Part shown: positions 40,101 through 51,910 of the stretch, piece after piece
Position numbering within the stretch: the first letter of the stretch is position 1
Layout: every line of letters starts with the position of its first letter
NCBI GenBank assembly: GCA_030704615.1
Contig: CM060731.1
Location: 1,922,001 to 1,986,000, forward strand
DNA length: 64,000 nt
Direction of reading: 5' to 3'
Origin: Takakia lepidozioides
Taxonomy: Eukaryota > Plantae > Bryophyta
Made by a program: the position numbers and the translations under genes
Notes under the pieces: model-generated
What the model saw: the letters and a program-made list of their open reading frames with translations, nothing else
What the model was told of the DNA's origin: nothing
Database searches by the model: none

Positions 40101-42004
40101 GCCTGTTCAGGAAGAGGGTGAGGAAGAGGACTCCGATGGAGACTTTGCAACCAGCCCACCCCCCCAAACGCAGGCTGCCTCCCCTATGCCCACCGTTGTC
40201 ACGAGAGGCACGAGAACTGGCTCGGCAAAGAAGGCACTCTTCAACCCCCCAGGGGGGCACCCTTTCGAGCCGGTGGAAATGAAGAGGCCGAAAGTGGCTC
40301 CCGAAACAGTAGTCCAGTGTGTAAATGAGAGTTTCTTGGCGGCTTTGGATGGACGGGCAGCCAAGTTGGCATACATGAAGACCATGGAGGGTCTGAAGGG
40401 CAGAGCACTGAAGAAGGCGACTGCTGAAGAGCCTTCCGACACCCCAGGATTTCAGAATATGGTCTCGTTCTTTGAGAGGGTGTGTGCAGACAAGGATTGT
40501 AGGAGGGGCGGAAATGCCACCGAGTGGTCTTGCGATATGATCATCTTGGATATTCCGGACGGAGAGCCTGTGGAAGGACTGCAAGCTTTGCCATCTTGGA
40601 ACAGGTACTCGGAGGACTTTTGGAAGAAAGGATTCGGGCTTGCCCGCATGGTGTTGGACGACAGAGGCTGTGTGGTTGTCCTGGCGAGCAGAGGAAAAAA
40701 CACTCAGACAGGAATTGCGAAGTGGACCCGCAAGAGCGCCGTCCCGATTCTGAAAAAGAAGTGGACGTGCATCAACACACTGGGCCTTCGGTCGGAAGGG
40801 AAGAAGGTGATTACGACACTGGCACTCGTCCATTCATTTGCTTGGGTGTTTTCAAATGCGGTGCCGCATTCGGTTTCTAATCGTTCCCCCCTGTGTATGC
40901 AGACGAAGCAGTTCGATGCATACTGCTTTGTGAAGGAGAACTCCACCTTTGCGTTCCGGAAGGAGGGAGGAAAGGTTGACCCGAACTGCGACCCCCTTGA
41001 TTACGACGTTTTGTTCTCACTTCAACGGAACCCCTGCGGTACTCACGGACTCGGAGCCCTGCCTTCATTCAGACAATTATGGAGACATGCACAGACGTGG
41101 AGGGCACAGTGCTCGACCTCATCTGTGGGACAGGTATGCAGAATCTTGATCTATGTTGTTCTGCAAATTCTCGTTAGGATGTAGTTCGCAACATCTGAAG
41201 CGCCATGTTGTAATGTGTGGATGGCATTGTAACAGGTGCCTCAATGTGGGCAGGGCGGTTTTCCGACCGGCACCTCTTTGCCTACGAGGAGGATTCATCC
41301 GTGTGGGGATCCCATCTGGAAGGGCTGCAACGAAATGTTAAGGCTCCCAACAGAGCGGAAGTCTCCTCGGATTCGTCGGAGTCCAGGGAAGACATAGTGG
41401 ACATTGATGCGGAGGAGAACCCGGAATACGAGTGAGTGCAAACATTGTAAGTTTGCAAAGCCTTTGGGTCATTTTTGTCAAACGAATTTCCCGACTGTGG
41501 TTCTCATTAGTCTCGTTGATGATTGTCATGTGTAGGATTGCAGGGTCCGGGTCGAAACATGTAGGGCCTACACTTCCTGCCAGGAAGAATGTCCCGTTCT
41601 TTGCGAGGGCCGACTTCATGACGAGCCCGGTGAGGGACTACTCCCTTCCTAGTTATGCAGCTAAACTCGCAAATACAGCGATTAGAAGAAGTGAGAATCC
41701 CAGTAAAGTAGAGCAGATTTTGGAGAGGGCTAGGGAGGACAGAAGGATAAGGAAAGAGTTGGCAGCAGCTCAGACAGGTAGACGGGTACGAAAGTACATA
41801 TGTGATTCAGCGGATGAGAGCGACGCAGACAGGGAGGAAGACGACCCAACGGAGGTGAGATGGACAGTTCCGCAAGGGGAAGATGGGATTTTCGAAAGCC
41901 TGGCCAACGAGCAGTCCGCTGGAGATGAGAAAGGCACTGAGGGGGTGGAGGCGGAGCAGGACAGTCTAGAACAGGATGAGGATTCGGATGATTTTCAAGA
42001 TTAA
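37130..42004 (+). CDS. Multi-exon ParB-like + beta-class amino (N6A/N4C) DNA-methyltransferase-like protein with acidic tail; a few frameshifts
   Basis: FFVWDGNHRLLAW; CDMIILDIPDG at the motif IV position; RMVLDDRG; RSPAFIQTIMETCTDVEGTVLDLICGT|GASMWAGR...FAYE (motifs X-I-II). Predicted GT-AG introns ~38355-38466, 38656-38755, 39041-39093, 39241-39323, ~39583-39687, 40807-40902, 41134-41235, 41432-41535; 5' end uncertain. Confidence 0.8.
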
Positions 42005-42140
42005 TAGAATTTTAATGAAGTCTCTGTAAATGTAAATTCTCTTCCAGAGTATATAAAGGAAATTCTCCCCGACATTCGTGACCCCTCTCCAGTGTGCATT
42101 CCAGCCACACAATCGCCCAAACCACGACGCTCCCAAAATC

Positions 42141-42866
42141 AGAAATGGGGCACCGCATTTCCAAAATTTTGGCAACTCTAAAAACCTCTTTTGGAAATGC
42201 GGCACCGCATTTCCAAAACAGGGGAGGGACTAAATTTTCCATTTCAATGTTGGCATAGTAAAAAGTAATCGGCCGATTGGAAATGCGGTGCCGCATTTCC
42301 AAAATTTCCTTTGTCCACACGCCAGTTTTGGCCTCTCCCGCTCATTGCATGGATGCCACCACGCTTACAGAGGTCGAACAAGGAGGTCGAGATGGCGAAA
42401 TTGGAAATGCGGTGCCGCATTTCCATATTGGGGATGGTCGTTGTTCGAACTGCAGGCCCATCAGCAAAAATTGGCACCGCATTCCATTGTCAAAAAAAAG
42501 TCGCTGACGGACATGGAAATGCGGCGCCGCATTTCCAGAACGGACATCGCAATTTGTCCATTTGCAGACCCTCTCACGGAAATGCGGTAACGCATTCCAT
42601 CGAGCTGGTCGGAAATGGTGCACTTTTCGAAGTGTTGGACGGAAATGCGGCACCGCATTCCCTTGTCCAAAAAGAAGTTTCCATTGCCAAGCTGGAAATG
42701 CGTCGCCGCATTTGCAATGCCAACCTCGTTGTCTGTCCAATTTATAGACCCGTGTTGGTATTTCGTGTACCTGGACGGAAATGATGCACCGCATTCCATT
42801 GACCGACACTGAAATGCGGTTCATACATTTCCATGTCCGACATGGAAATGCGGTGCCGCATTTCAA
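42141..42866. repeat. Second, irregularly spaced cluster of the B palindrome (~13 copies)
   Basis: Copies at 42141, 42193, 42279, 42403, 42515, 42578, 42641, 42694, 42777, 42844 and partial copies. Confidence 0.9.
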
Positions 42867-43121
42867 TGTCCGACATGGCGTTACTCTGGTATATTCTTGA
42901 CACATGACTCTCATACCGGTTACTCTGGTATATTCATCCGGACAAACAAATTGTAGAAATGAGACATCAAATTGTAAACTGTGGGCCAATTCCGACAGTT
43001 ATTCAATAGAATGAAACACAATCATACAGAAGTGAGGTACGATGGGTTTATTGATCGGACACGATGTCTCACATTTACCAACTGCAGACAAAACTAAGCC
43101 CTTCCTCCTTCTACATGGGCT

Positions 43122-43823
43122 TCACCAAGTCGACGGAACTTCGATACCCCTCAAAACAAGTTCATCACTGCTGCGGCACCTCGAGGTAAACTGCAATTCG
43201 GTCGTTCTGCTGCCCTTGCTGGAGCCGACGACAATGTCATGTCCATCAATGATACCACCATCATACATTGACAAGGTCACTGTGGGCCTCATGTGCCCGT
43301 GCGATTCGTCTTCGCAACTCAGCCGAATGTCTCCATACACTGGAAGAGCGGAGTGATCTGCACGTATATAGTTTTCCCCGGTGCCGTCCTCCCTGGTCCA
43401 CTGGCAGCAGTTTCAGCGCCAAAGCAAGGCCGTGCGTGATCTGTCCGGCATCCCTTTCCAGCTTGGTATATCGAGGTCAACAATTTTCAGGACCCACGGA
43501 CCGCATTGACCCTCGCCCTCACCTCGCTCAAAGCGGTAATAGCCCTCCAGATACTCCATTGCGCGCAAAGACTCTTGCTTGATTCCAGCAGCGTCTGTGA
43601 AAACAGAGAGCCAGACAATGATGTCTCCTGATTCTGGTTTGAACATAGCATAATCGTGGCCATGATAAGGGCAGTCGGCTGGATTTCGGCGGCACGACAT
43701 CCTTGAAAAAGAGAAGCGGAGTACGCTCAATGACAGCAGCTCCCGGATGGAGGAGGAGCAGCGCGGTGGCTGGAAAAAGTTCAAGCTAACGCTGCAATTC
43801 CTCACAAACACTCCAGGGCACAT
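43122..43823 (-). CDS. Unknown cargo protein, paralog 1 (frameshift near 43400)
   Basis: ORFs 43413-43823 and 43122-43340 join into a protein nearly identical to ORF 58240-58818 and similar to 44043-44813. Confidence 0.7.
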
Positions 43824-43957
43824 TTAAATTTCCCCCCTACAGGATCCTGGACCGATGAAGATTGGCTGCTGCATGAATGTAGCCGTTTCAGTTTCCTACC
43901 CTGCCATGCAAACTATGGGCAGTCACTGCTAGGTGGGCCGATAGCCACTGGACACGA

Positions 43958-44020
43958 CGAAGTCCATCCCCTCTTCGATGTAAATGCGGCGCCGAATTTC
44001 CATCCGGGGGATGGACTTCG
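43958..44020. promoter_or_regulatory. Hairpin enclosing one B palindrome between the divergent cargo genes
   Basis: CGAAGTCCATCCCC...GGGGATGGACTTCG stem with AAATGCGGCGCCGAATTT in the loop; conserved at ~57918-57981; regulatory role is inferred. Confidence 0.5.
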
Positions 44021-44042
44021 GTGGCAGATCTCAAACTATAAC

Positions 44043-44813
44043 TTGTTGATGAGAAAGATGTATGGGTTCATCCACCGCTGGCGTGATGAACACGTTCCAC
44101 CTCCGTCGGTGGGTACGTGGGACCCAGATGCTCCATTATTGGAGGCCGGACTGCTCTTCCGCTTCGCATCATTTCCAAAATCTAAGGGCTTCGTAGCTGT
44201 CCGCAAGGTCATCGGCATCCAAGTCGTCCTCAGGTCCTCCTTTGCAAGGATGCCGTGCTTCCGGAACCGGGACGACTGCCCATTTGGAGGCATCGATTAT
44301 GCAATGTATTCGGCCACATCGGGAGACATTGTTATCTGGTACACAGATTACAGAGAAGATACTGGTTTGATTGTGGAAACATTGGTGGCTTTTGAGTATA
44401 TCCTAGGCCACTACGCCTTCGAGCGGGGTGACGATCTTGGTCTGAGGAGTCCGTGGCTCCTGCGCATCCTCGATTCCGATTTTCCCAGCTACGACGGTCA
44501 CCCATGCAGAAGAAGGCGCACTGCTATGCTGTTGCGGTGGAACTGCTGCCACTGGACGTGGGTGGACTCCATCGGAGAGACCTATTCTCCTGAAGGAGTG
44601 CGCTCCTCTTCTCCATTGTATGGGGACATTCGCATTGGTGTGGACGACGAAAACGTGAAGATTTCCATATTCGATGGTGGTATGATTGAAGGGCAGGACA
44701 TTGTGGTGAACATCACTAGGGGCGGTACAACGGCTGCAATCGACTTTACCTGGAGGAGCCCCATGACTCATGAGCTAGTTCTGAGAGCAGTCAAAGTCCC
44801 ATTGACAACGTGA
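44043..44813 (+). CDS. Unknown cargo protein, paralog 2 (~250 aa, intact, intronless)
   Basis: Open 256-aa ORF; shares DCP..DYAM..SGDI.IW, FERG, WNCC.WT, YGDIR and DGGMI.G.DIVV with paralog 1. Confidence 0.75.
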   Translation: MLMRKMYGFIHRWRDEHVPPPSVGTWDPDAPLLEAGLLFRFASFPKSKGFVAVRKVIGIQVVLRSSFARMPCFRNRDDCPFGGIDYAMYSATSGDIVIWYTDYREDTGLIVETLVAFEYILGHYAFERGDDLGLRSPWLLRILDSDFPSYDGHPCRRRRTAMLLRWNCCHWTWVDSIGETYSPEGVRSSSPLYGDIRIGVDDENVKISIFDGGMIEGQDIVVNITRGGTTAAIDFTWRSPMTHELVLRAVKVPLTT

Positions 44814-45194
44814 CTTGTATTCAGTAGGCACAGGGCTAAAGATTTGATTGCACAATCAGCACAGTAGACGTGCTTCAAATGCAATTCATGTGGATCAATA
44901 AAAACCTCATTGTGCCCTCTTTTTATTCTATTCTGTGTCCATCATTCCGAGAATGCGTCATTGCTCATTTCGTTTGGGATTGGGAGTGTGGGTGGATTTT
45001 GCAAGTGGCTGGTAGGCTGAAATGGGCCCCCATTGTACAGAGCAGTACCACCCTACCATTCACGAAACATTGCCTTTCAATATATAATTCTAAATAACAT
45101 TGCCGAACCTCCTTCATCGGGAGGTCCTTCTCCCCCTATGACCGTGGCACCCTAAACCCTATTCCCGCGGACACTCATTTCCGGAAAATAGTGT

Positions 45195-45276
45195 TGCTCA
45201 TGTTTTTTTCCACACTTACGACTCTGCTCATGGCTCATGCCGCTCATGGCTCATGGCTCATGAAATAGCAGCCCCC
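45195..45276 (-). repeat. Right TIR plus subterminal GCTCATG repeats
   Basis: Inverted counterpart of 29759-29830. Confidence 0.88.
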
Positions 45277-45750
45277 AGACTGAATCAGCGACGCCCAGGG
45301 TGTCGAAGAAAGGGACTTGGCCAAATTGGCATTCCCTTGTTTTTCCCTGGGTCATACTGCGACGCCACAGGCGTAAGAGGGGACCGACGTCGGGGACGTC
45401 GGTCTCCATAGCGACGGTAGAAGAATTGCTTTATAAAAGCGACGTTTTTTTACGCTTTTGCCCCCCAAGACTGAATAAGCGATGCCCAGGGCGTCGCAGG
45501 TAGGGACTTGGCCAAACTGGCAGTCCTTGGGTCGCACTGCAACGCCGCTATGGAGACCGACGTCGGGGCCCCCAAGACTGAGTCGCAGGCAGGGACTTGG
45601 CCCAAACTGGCGATCCCTGGGTCGCACTGCGACGCCTGAGGCGTCGCTTAAGATGGCAGAAGCATTGTTTTATAAAAGCGACGCTTTTGGCCCCCCCAAG
45701 ACTGAACAAGTGACGCCCAGGGCGTCTCAGGCAGGGACTTGGCCAAAAAA
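45277..45750 (+). repeat. GC-rich tandem repeat with GCGACGCCCAGGGCGTCGC-type palindromes (target of the element B insertion)
   Basis: Units cccccaagactga...gggacttggcc recur about 4 times; the first unit is split between 29711-29758 and 45277 onward. Confidence 0.8.
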
Positions 45751-45783
45751 AAACTAAAAAAACTAAAAAAAAAACTACGTCAC

Positions 45784-46150
45784 GGATGAATTGTGGCACC
45801 CGTAATAGGGATGATCGGCCCTATGCAGAAACCGACACGGATGAATTGCGGCACCGTAATAGGGATGAACGGGCCCATCCCGAGGAACGGAAAGCATTCC
45901 TAGCCTGAATGAGTTCCACCGTTGGATGAACTTTAACGCCGTAATTTAGATGAACGGGTCTATCTTGAAGACGATAAAGAGCGCTTTGGATGATATACGA
46001 TGTCTTTTTTGATGAATTGCAGTGCCGCAATAGGAATGAACGGTCCCAACATGACACCGGTCGGCCCCTCCACCGATGAATTACGATGCCGCAATATGAA
46101 TGAACTGACCCATATGATGGATGAACAATGACACTGTTATAGGGATTATT
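45784..46150. repeat. Family-C palindrome cluster GATGAATTGCGGCACCGTAATAGGGATG
   Basis: Copies at ~45784, 45839, 45924, 46011, 46075, 46120; dispersed variants at ~46680, 47785, 50620. Confidence 0.75.
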
Positions 46151-46719
46151 GGGGACATTGCTATTTGATGAAAAGTTTTATACATAGAAAATGACATTTT
46201 TTCTACGAAGTTGCATTTATGTAAATCATTAATGGTTGTAAAGACAAGAACTACTCATTATGTGCCGCTGCAGTCGCTATTCCGACGCCGTAATTGTGTA
46301 CGGCAGTCGATGAATATTGACCGTTGGGTTTCACGTCAAGGTGTCCGTGCCTTTGTACCTGTAGATTTAGGCTAAGAAATCCAAGTTCTGTAGCATATAA
46401 TGGCGCCGTAATTGTTCTATATCCTGGTTTCATTTGGAATTGGATGACTTATAGACCTGGCCCAGAGTCCTCGTAAGTCATGATAATATAATATGGGTAC
46501 GAGAATTGGTCGATGAGGCTGTCATCCGAAAACTTTCCAACGAATCCTCAGACAGAGGATTCGCGTCACTCTTACTATGACTTGTTCATGATAGACCTGC
46601 TATCTACGTAGCAGCCATTTCTAATATTGGACCCATCCAATCGGGTTCAATGTCGTTCTTTCTTCTCTGTTTACGAACCAATTGCGGTGCCATTATTGGA
46701 ATGTGTGTCTTCTGTGACA

Positions 46720-48030
46720 GGGTGACAGAGAAGGCATTCATAGAAACGCACATGGCACATATGTTGTATAGAGTGCAAGAAGTGGGACTTGCACCTCTGA
46801 AGGACTTCAAAACAGCCTTACCCTGGACACCATGGTCAAATACCTCTATTCGGTGAGATTCAGCCCTCTTTCCGGTTAGTGCCCTGGCCTGTTACTGCCT
46901 TTCGACCACCTGGATCCCTAACCAATTGCTTGCATTTGCACTGCAGAGCTCCATAAAGGACGACTTGGCCTACACAAAACGACAATTCATTGAGAGTGAG
47001 ATCCCCAATAAGACCCAGGCCCTCCTCCGGGATGCCATCGTCCTTGTAGGCAGCGGTCGCGGACCAAGTACAAGTCCAAAGTTGTCAAGTCTATAGCGAT
47101 CGCTGAACCCATCCTAGGAGATGATCTTGTCAGAGATAGAAAAGCACTAATCAAAAGCCATCAAACCAGAGATGTCGTTGGAGAAACTACATCATATTGC
47201 CACCGCCTGTGTGGACCAGGCCGAGAAGGTATGCAAATGTCTGCTACTGTTTCATTGTCTCATTAAAATCCCCAATCAGCTATCAAAATTGCTCTCTAAT
47301 ATATGTTACAAGATGAGTGCGGAAGCCTTGAAAGTGTGGACGGAAAGAAGTGCAACACCCATCCTGAAGCACAGGTGGACTTGCATCAATAGCATGGGTC
47401 TAACCTGCGATGGCCAGAAGGTAAGCTCTAGAGTTGTCTAGTGTAAACTACGTCGCCCTTATTCTGACTGTGGGGAATCTTATGTCAAAATAATGACCTT
47501 GATTTTGTGCAGCCTCTTCTATTTGACGCATTCATCAAGAAGAATTCAGTTTTGAATTTTGGGGAGGTTGTATGGTTGACTCCACAATGGACCCTATAGA
47601 GTATGACATTCTCTTCAACCATGTCTCACCAAGCAATATTCCATGGGACATAGGGGGGAGGCCTTGGAGGCATGGGAGGACAAGAAGTCTCGCTTTCATT
47701 CAAATGTTGATGGAAACATGTTCAAGCATAGAAGGCAGGGTGGTGGACATTGCAGCCAACACAAACTTGTAAGAGATTATTGTAATTGCGGTGTCGTTAT
47801 TAGAGTCCATTGTCTTATGTAGATATTCATGGATTTACTATGGTTACGTCTCTCGATTGCCATTGACATGTTTTTTCTTGATCACTAGACGCATGGATAG
47901 GTGCTTCAATGTGGGCCGGACGTGAGTCTAGCCGACATGTCTTCGCATTTGAAAGGGATACAGCCTTGTACGACTCCCATGTAGCGGGCTTGCAACAATT
48001 GCAAGCAGAGAAGGAGCATGAGGATGGTCA
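46720..48030 (+). pseudogene. Deleted remnant of the ParB-MTase gene, family C
   Basis: RVTEKAFIETHMAHMLYRV, LEKLHHIATAC, PILKHRWTCINSMGL, RSLAFIQMLMETCSSIEGRVVDI and GASMWAGR all match exons of the 37-42 kb gene. Confidence 0.85.
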
Positions 48031-50779
48031 AACATGGATGTCGCTATAATGGAACCCAATACACTTACAATGGTGCAACTCACTCAAAGACATGCATTGG
48101 GGGAAGCGGCTTCTCCCGTACTTGAGCTTCCTCAACTTTGGTCTCCTCCTCCCCTTCCTCGGGGAATGCTTCCACGTCAGCCTGGCCGCGTCAGCCTGGC
48201 AGCACGTGAGCCCAGCCAGGCTCACGCCACGTCTGCAATGTTTCCCAGGTAGAGGACCTAATTCCGTGGAAGTCACCTATTTCCGTGGAACGTAAGCCGA
48301 TTGCCATGCCCTAGATTTTCCAACTTTATTTTGCGAAAAGTCTCCTCCCTCTTCAAAATTTTGTTTGTACGAGAAATCACGGGAGGTCTATGAATGGTAT
48401 TCGAGCACGGGCGTAGGCAATTTCATAGAGTATAATGTCTAATTGCGTAATGAACACGAACGAGAATGACTTAGTTTCAACGAAGTTCCTTCTCTCCAAT
48501 TCACATCCACTTTTGAATGATTGACGATTTCCAGACATACACCAGGAAATCCCTAAAGCTGCTCTGCGATATGTGTAAAAACATGGTAGTAGAACAAGGT
48601 GGCAACACTTGTAATGCAAAACACCATTTATTAAGCCAGTCTTCGTCAACCCCCTCAACAACCCGAGGTTCCAGAGGAACTACTTCCAGACACGGTAGCA
48701 ATGTCATCTACATATATGCTAGCCTGACTGCCACGTTTTTTTTCTGCCAAGGCCCCCATAGAGAGGAGAACAGGCCAATTGCTGGGACAACACACGTGCG
48801 CATGCCTCCGCGTAAACAGGTAAGTGGAAACCGTGGCGGACTTGGAATCAAGTTGTATCCTTGAAAACCGAAGGATGTCGCCGATGATTGGTGCCGTACT
48901 CTGAAATGAACCAACCCGAATCGTGTCAGAAGTCACAATTGCGAGATTTCTAATTGAAGGAATCATTGGAATCACGGTTGGAAAAGAAGGAATGCATTAC
49001 CCGACCGCACGACAACAAACACGACTTACTCACACTCAAAATCAGAGCCCACGTCCAGATCTTCGTCAGGAACATCCGCCTCGAAAACTGCCTCCGTGTG
49101 GGGGGTTGATGTTGAGCCCGAGGTAAGCTGTTCAAGCTCGCTATCAAACTCTGTTCTATCGAAAGAGGCAATTGAATCCATAGCATAATCAAGGTTGCGT
49201 TAACGTAACCTTGATTGTGTACAACAAAACGAAGAGCAACAGGGCCAGCAACCATACAAAATGCAAAAAACAGTCTTCAAAAAAGGATGCTTTCATTTCT
49301 CAAATCAAGGTTGCGTCAATGCAAAGGTTGATTTGCATCACCCTCCCATAAAAGAAAATAAAAAATAAAAAATAAAAAATGCTGAAGTCGTATGTGTGTC
49401 GGTGTATGTCACATCATCAATCGTGTTGTGCGTGCGTCTGCCATTTGTTGCATTCGTTCCTCAAACTCATTTGTTCATTTGCAAACACATCAAGTTACAT
49501 TCAAATGAACATTCTCGGAAATCAACCTCGTGTTAACACAAGGTTGATATCTGCGGCAGCCCTGAACCCTAAACCCATTTCACCTTCAGATGATGAAATC
49601 CCACGGTTATAGGCTCCACGGTTATAGGCCCACCATCTTTGTGGTGATGTGGCACGACCTTGGGTGTGCTCACGCCACGTCAGCGCCTGTGAGCGTAGGC
49701 TCACACCACATCACCATTGTGTGAGTGTACGCTCACACGCTCACATACTAGGCTCACGCCGTAGCGCCATTGCCCTTCCTCTTTCTTCTCCCATCATATA
49801 TTGCAGACACGGCTGCTAGAGATCCATTAGGAGGGTGGAGACGCCTAATTTCGGGCAAAGCAATTTCTGGCTGCAAGAAATGAGAGAATACAATTGAGAA
49901 AGGAGGCCTAATACGGGAATTGTACAGGCCAAAGTACGCAAGTTTATCGCTCTGTCCGCGTCTGAAAGTGACGGCGATGAGGATGACGCTTCGCAAGCTA
50001 GGTGGAGAGTTCCAATTGGGGAGCATGGTATATTTGAGGGGAGGGACGGTGAGAGTCATTGCAGTAGCAAGGCGGATTGGATGTAGGTGAAGGACAGCCT
50101 GAACAAGTCCTTGCAGGGATAGAGCTTGGTTGTGGAGAGTGATAGTGGATCCTTGACATATAACACTTTTTGTTTTGGACAGGGACAGAACGCTTGTTGT
50201 TCCCTTCATGAATAAAAATGCTCATTTTTTTTTACTTTTGTGTTCAGAGTGTGAATGGCAATTTCCTAGCCTCTCTTCAGTCAGTGTGGGATTTATTTAG
50301 TCTTCAAAAAAAGCAAATTCAACTGTATTATGTGATGGGACCTCTTATCTTCAACAGAAAACCGACACAACAATAGGCTAGTATAAGGTGTTGGGAGCAA
50401 CAAAGACCTTTACAAATGATATATCGGTGTTGCAATAAGCAAGTGTCAGCTTTACTTTATAATTTTGGGTGACCACAAACAAAAAAACGTCGCCGCAATA
50501 GGCCGGTCTCAGGTCCTCACTACCAAGAAATTTTCCGAGAAGCACGAAGCTGGTATTACGACGTCGTGATTAACCTGTCTCCTGCCCTTTTCAATTCTTT
50601 TCCCAAACCCTAAATGTGAATAACGGCGCTGCAATAGGCCTAGCCGCGTCCCCGGACTTCAGAAACAGTGCCTCATACCGTGGATATATGCCCTATTACC
50701 ATCAATAACAGCAGATAATTTCTAATTCCACGGATGCACGCTCATGGGCTCATGTAATAGTAAACCTCGTAGTCAAAAC

Positions 50780-51734
50780 CATGTCAGACATGGTGATAAC
50801 ACAACTACTCAAGGGAAGCAAGGCTATTGAGAGTGAAGCAAGGCCTGTGGTAAAAGTAGTAGATGATGAAGTACAGGGCCAAGGCACAGCTGTACCTTCA
50901 ACAGTTGATGAGGTGTAGGTGCAGAGCCAAGTAGGTACTTGGCCAAAATGGTTCACTAGGCACCAAGCTGACAATCAAGAAGATCCTCAGGCAGAACCAG
51001 GGGAAGATCCACAACAGGCCATAGTCATGAGTTCCATGAACATGACCCTCAATCTTCTAGGGAACTATTTTAAAACTCATGTTCCTGCAGAGCAGAGCAG
51101 TGGCAGCCTTGAGAGAAGAAACCATGAGTTTGAGGATAGGATTTCATCTCTGCAAGAGACCAGGTTGGATGTAGACATAGGTCTCAAGCTGCAGCAGGCC
51201 CTCAGTGAATCTAATGCTGCCTTGCAGCTGGAGAAGGAGATGGTTAAGCTAGGCCTTGAGATGCAGGAGTTGCAAGCTACCCACAATCAACAGTTGTTTG
51301 ATTTGCAGGCACGATATGAGGTGACTCTCTCATTGGAGAAAGTGTTGACTAAGGTCTCTTTAGCCGCAACTAATGCCGAACTCATAAAACAAAAGGGTGA
51401 TTTCATGGCTGCAATAGACCAGGCAAAAAAGAATGTTCGGGAGCAATCAACGATGTATGCACAGGCACAGGCACAGGTACTCCAACAATGAGAACTCATT
51501 GCGGATATGAAGAACACTATTTGTCGGCATGAGAGTATCATCCAGGAGCTGAGGCTCCACAATGAACAGAAGGAGCAACAACTTTTACAGTTGCACCAGA
51601 CTGTCAAAGTGCGGATCAACGAACTTTCTATAGCTGAAAAAAGGAGGAAGGAAGCCAATAATATGATGGCTGCCTATGCAGCCTTGAAGGACCCTTATCA
51701 AAAGAGGATAGACTCCCAACTACAACTCCTATAG
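50780..51734 (+). pseudogene. Fragment of gypsy extra ORF (coiled coil) related to 6148-7187
   Basis: WPKWFTRH / QQAIVMSS..LNLLGNY.K.HVP / DMKNTIC / KEANN..AAYA are shared. Confidence 0.82.
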
Positions 51735-51910
51735 CATAGATATGGAGACCTAAGGTAGAGGGACACCCATGCTCATGCGGAAATGATATCCAAGCTCATG
51801 TGAGCACAAATGCTCAGAAATATTCACACATTCATTCTGTTCATTGCACAACATATGAACCCGAGATTAGAACTCCTCACATCCAATATTTTTGCATTTA
51901 CACGGTAGTG

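Larger units (their letters stand above)
29759..45276. mobile_element. Complete ~15.5-kb Mutator-like element (element B) with TIRs and 9-bp TSD
   Basis: Left end GAGGTTTACTATTTCATGAGC, right end (reverse complement) GGGGGCTGCTATTTCATGAGC; AGACTGAAT at both 29750-29758 and 45277-45285; MULE transposase inside. Confidence 0.92.

Noticed and set aside
39433-41184. 583-aa ORF as a standalone gene
   Set aside because: It reads through predicted introns containing palindromes; it is an internal part of the spliced ParB-MTase gene
45149-45160. Telomere-like CCCTAAACCCT
   Set aside because: About 1.5 units only; insufficient for a telomeric or telo-box call
49715-49751. Possible Helitron 3' end (GTGAGTGTACGCTCAC hairpin plus CTAG)
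   Set aside because: Not followed by T and no matching 5' end or Rep/helicase motif identified
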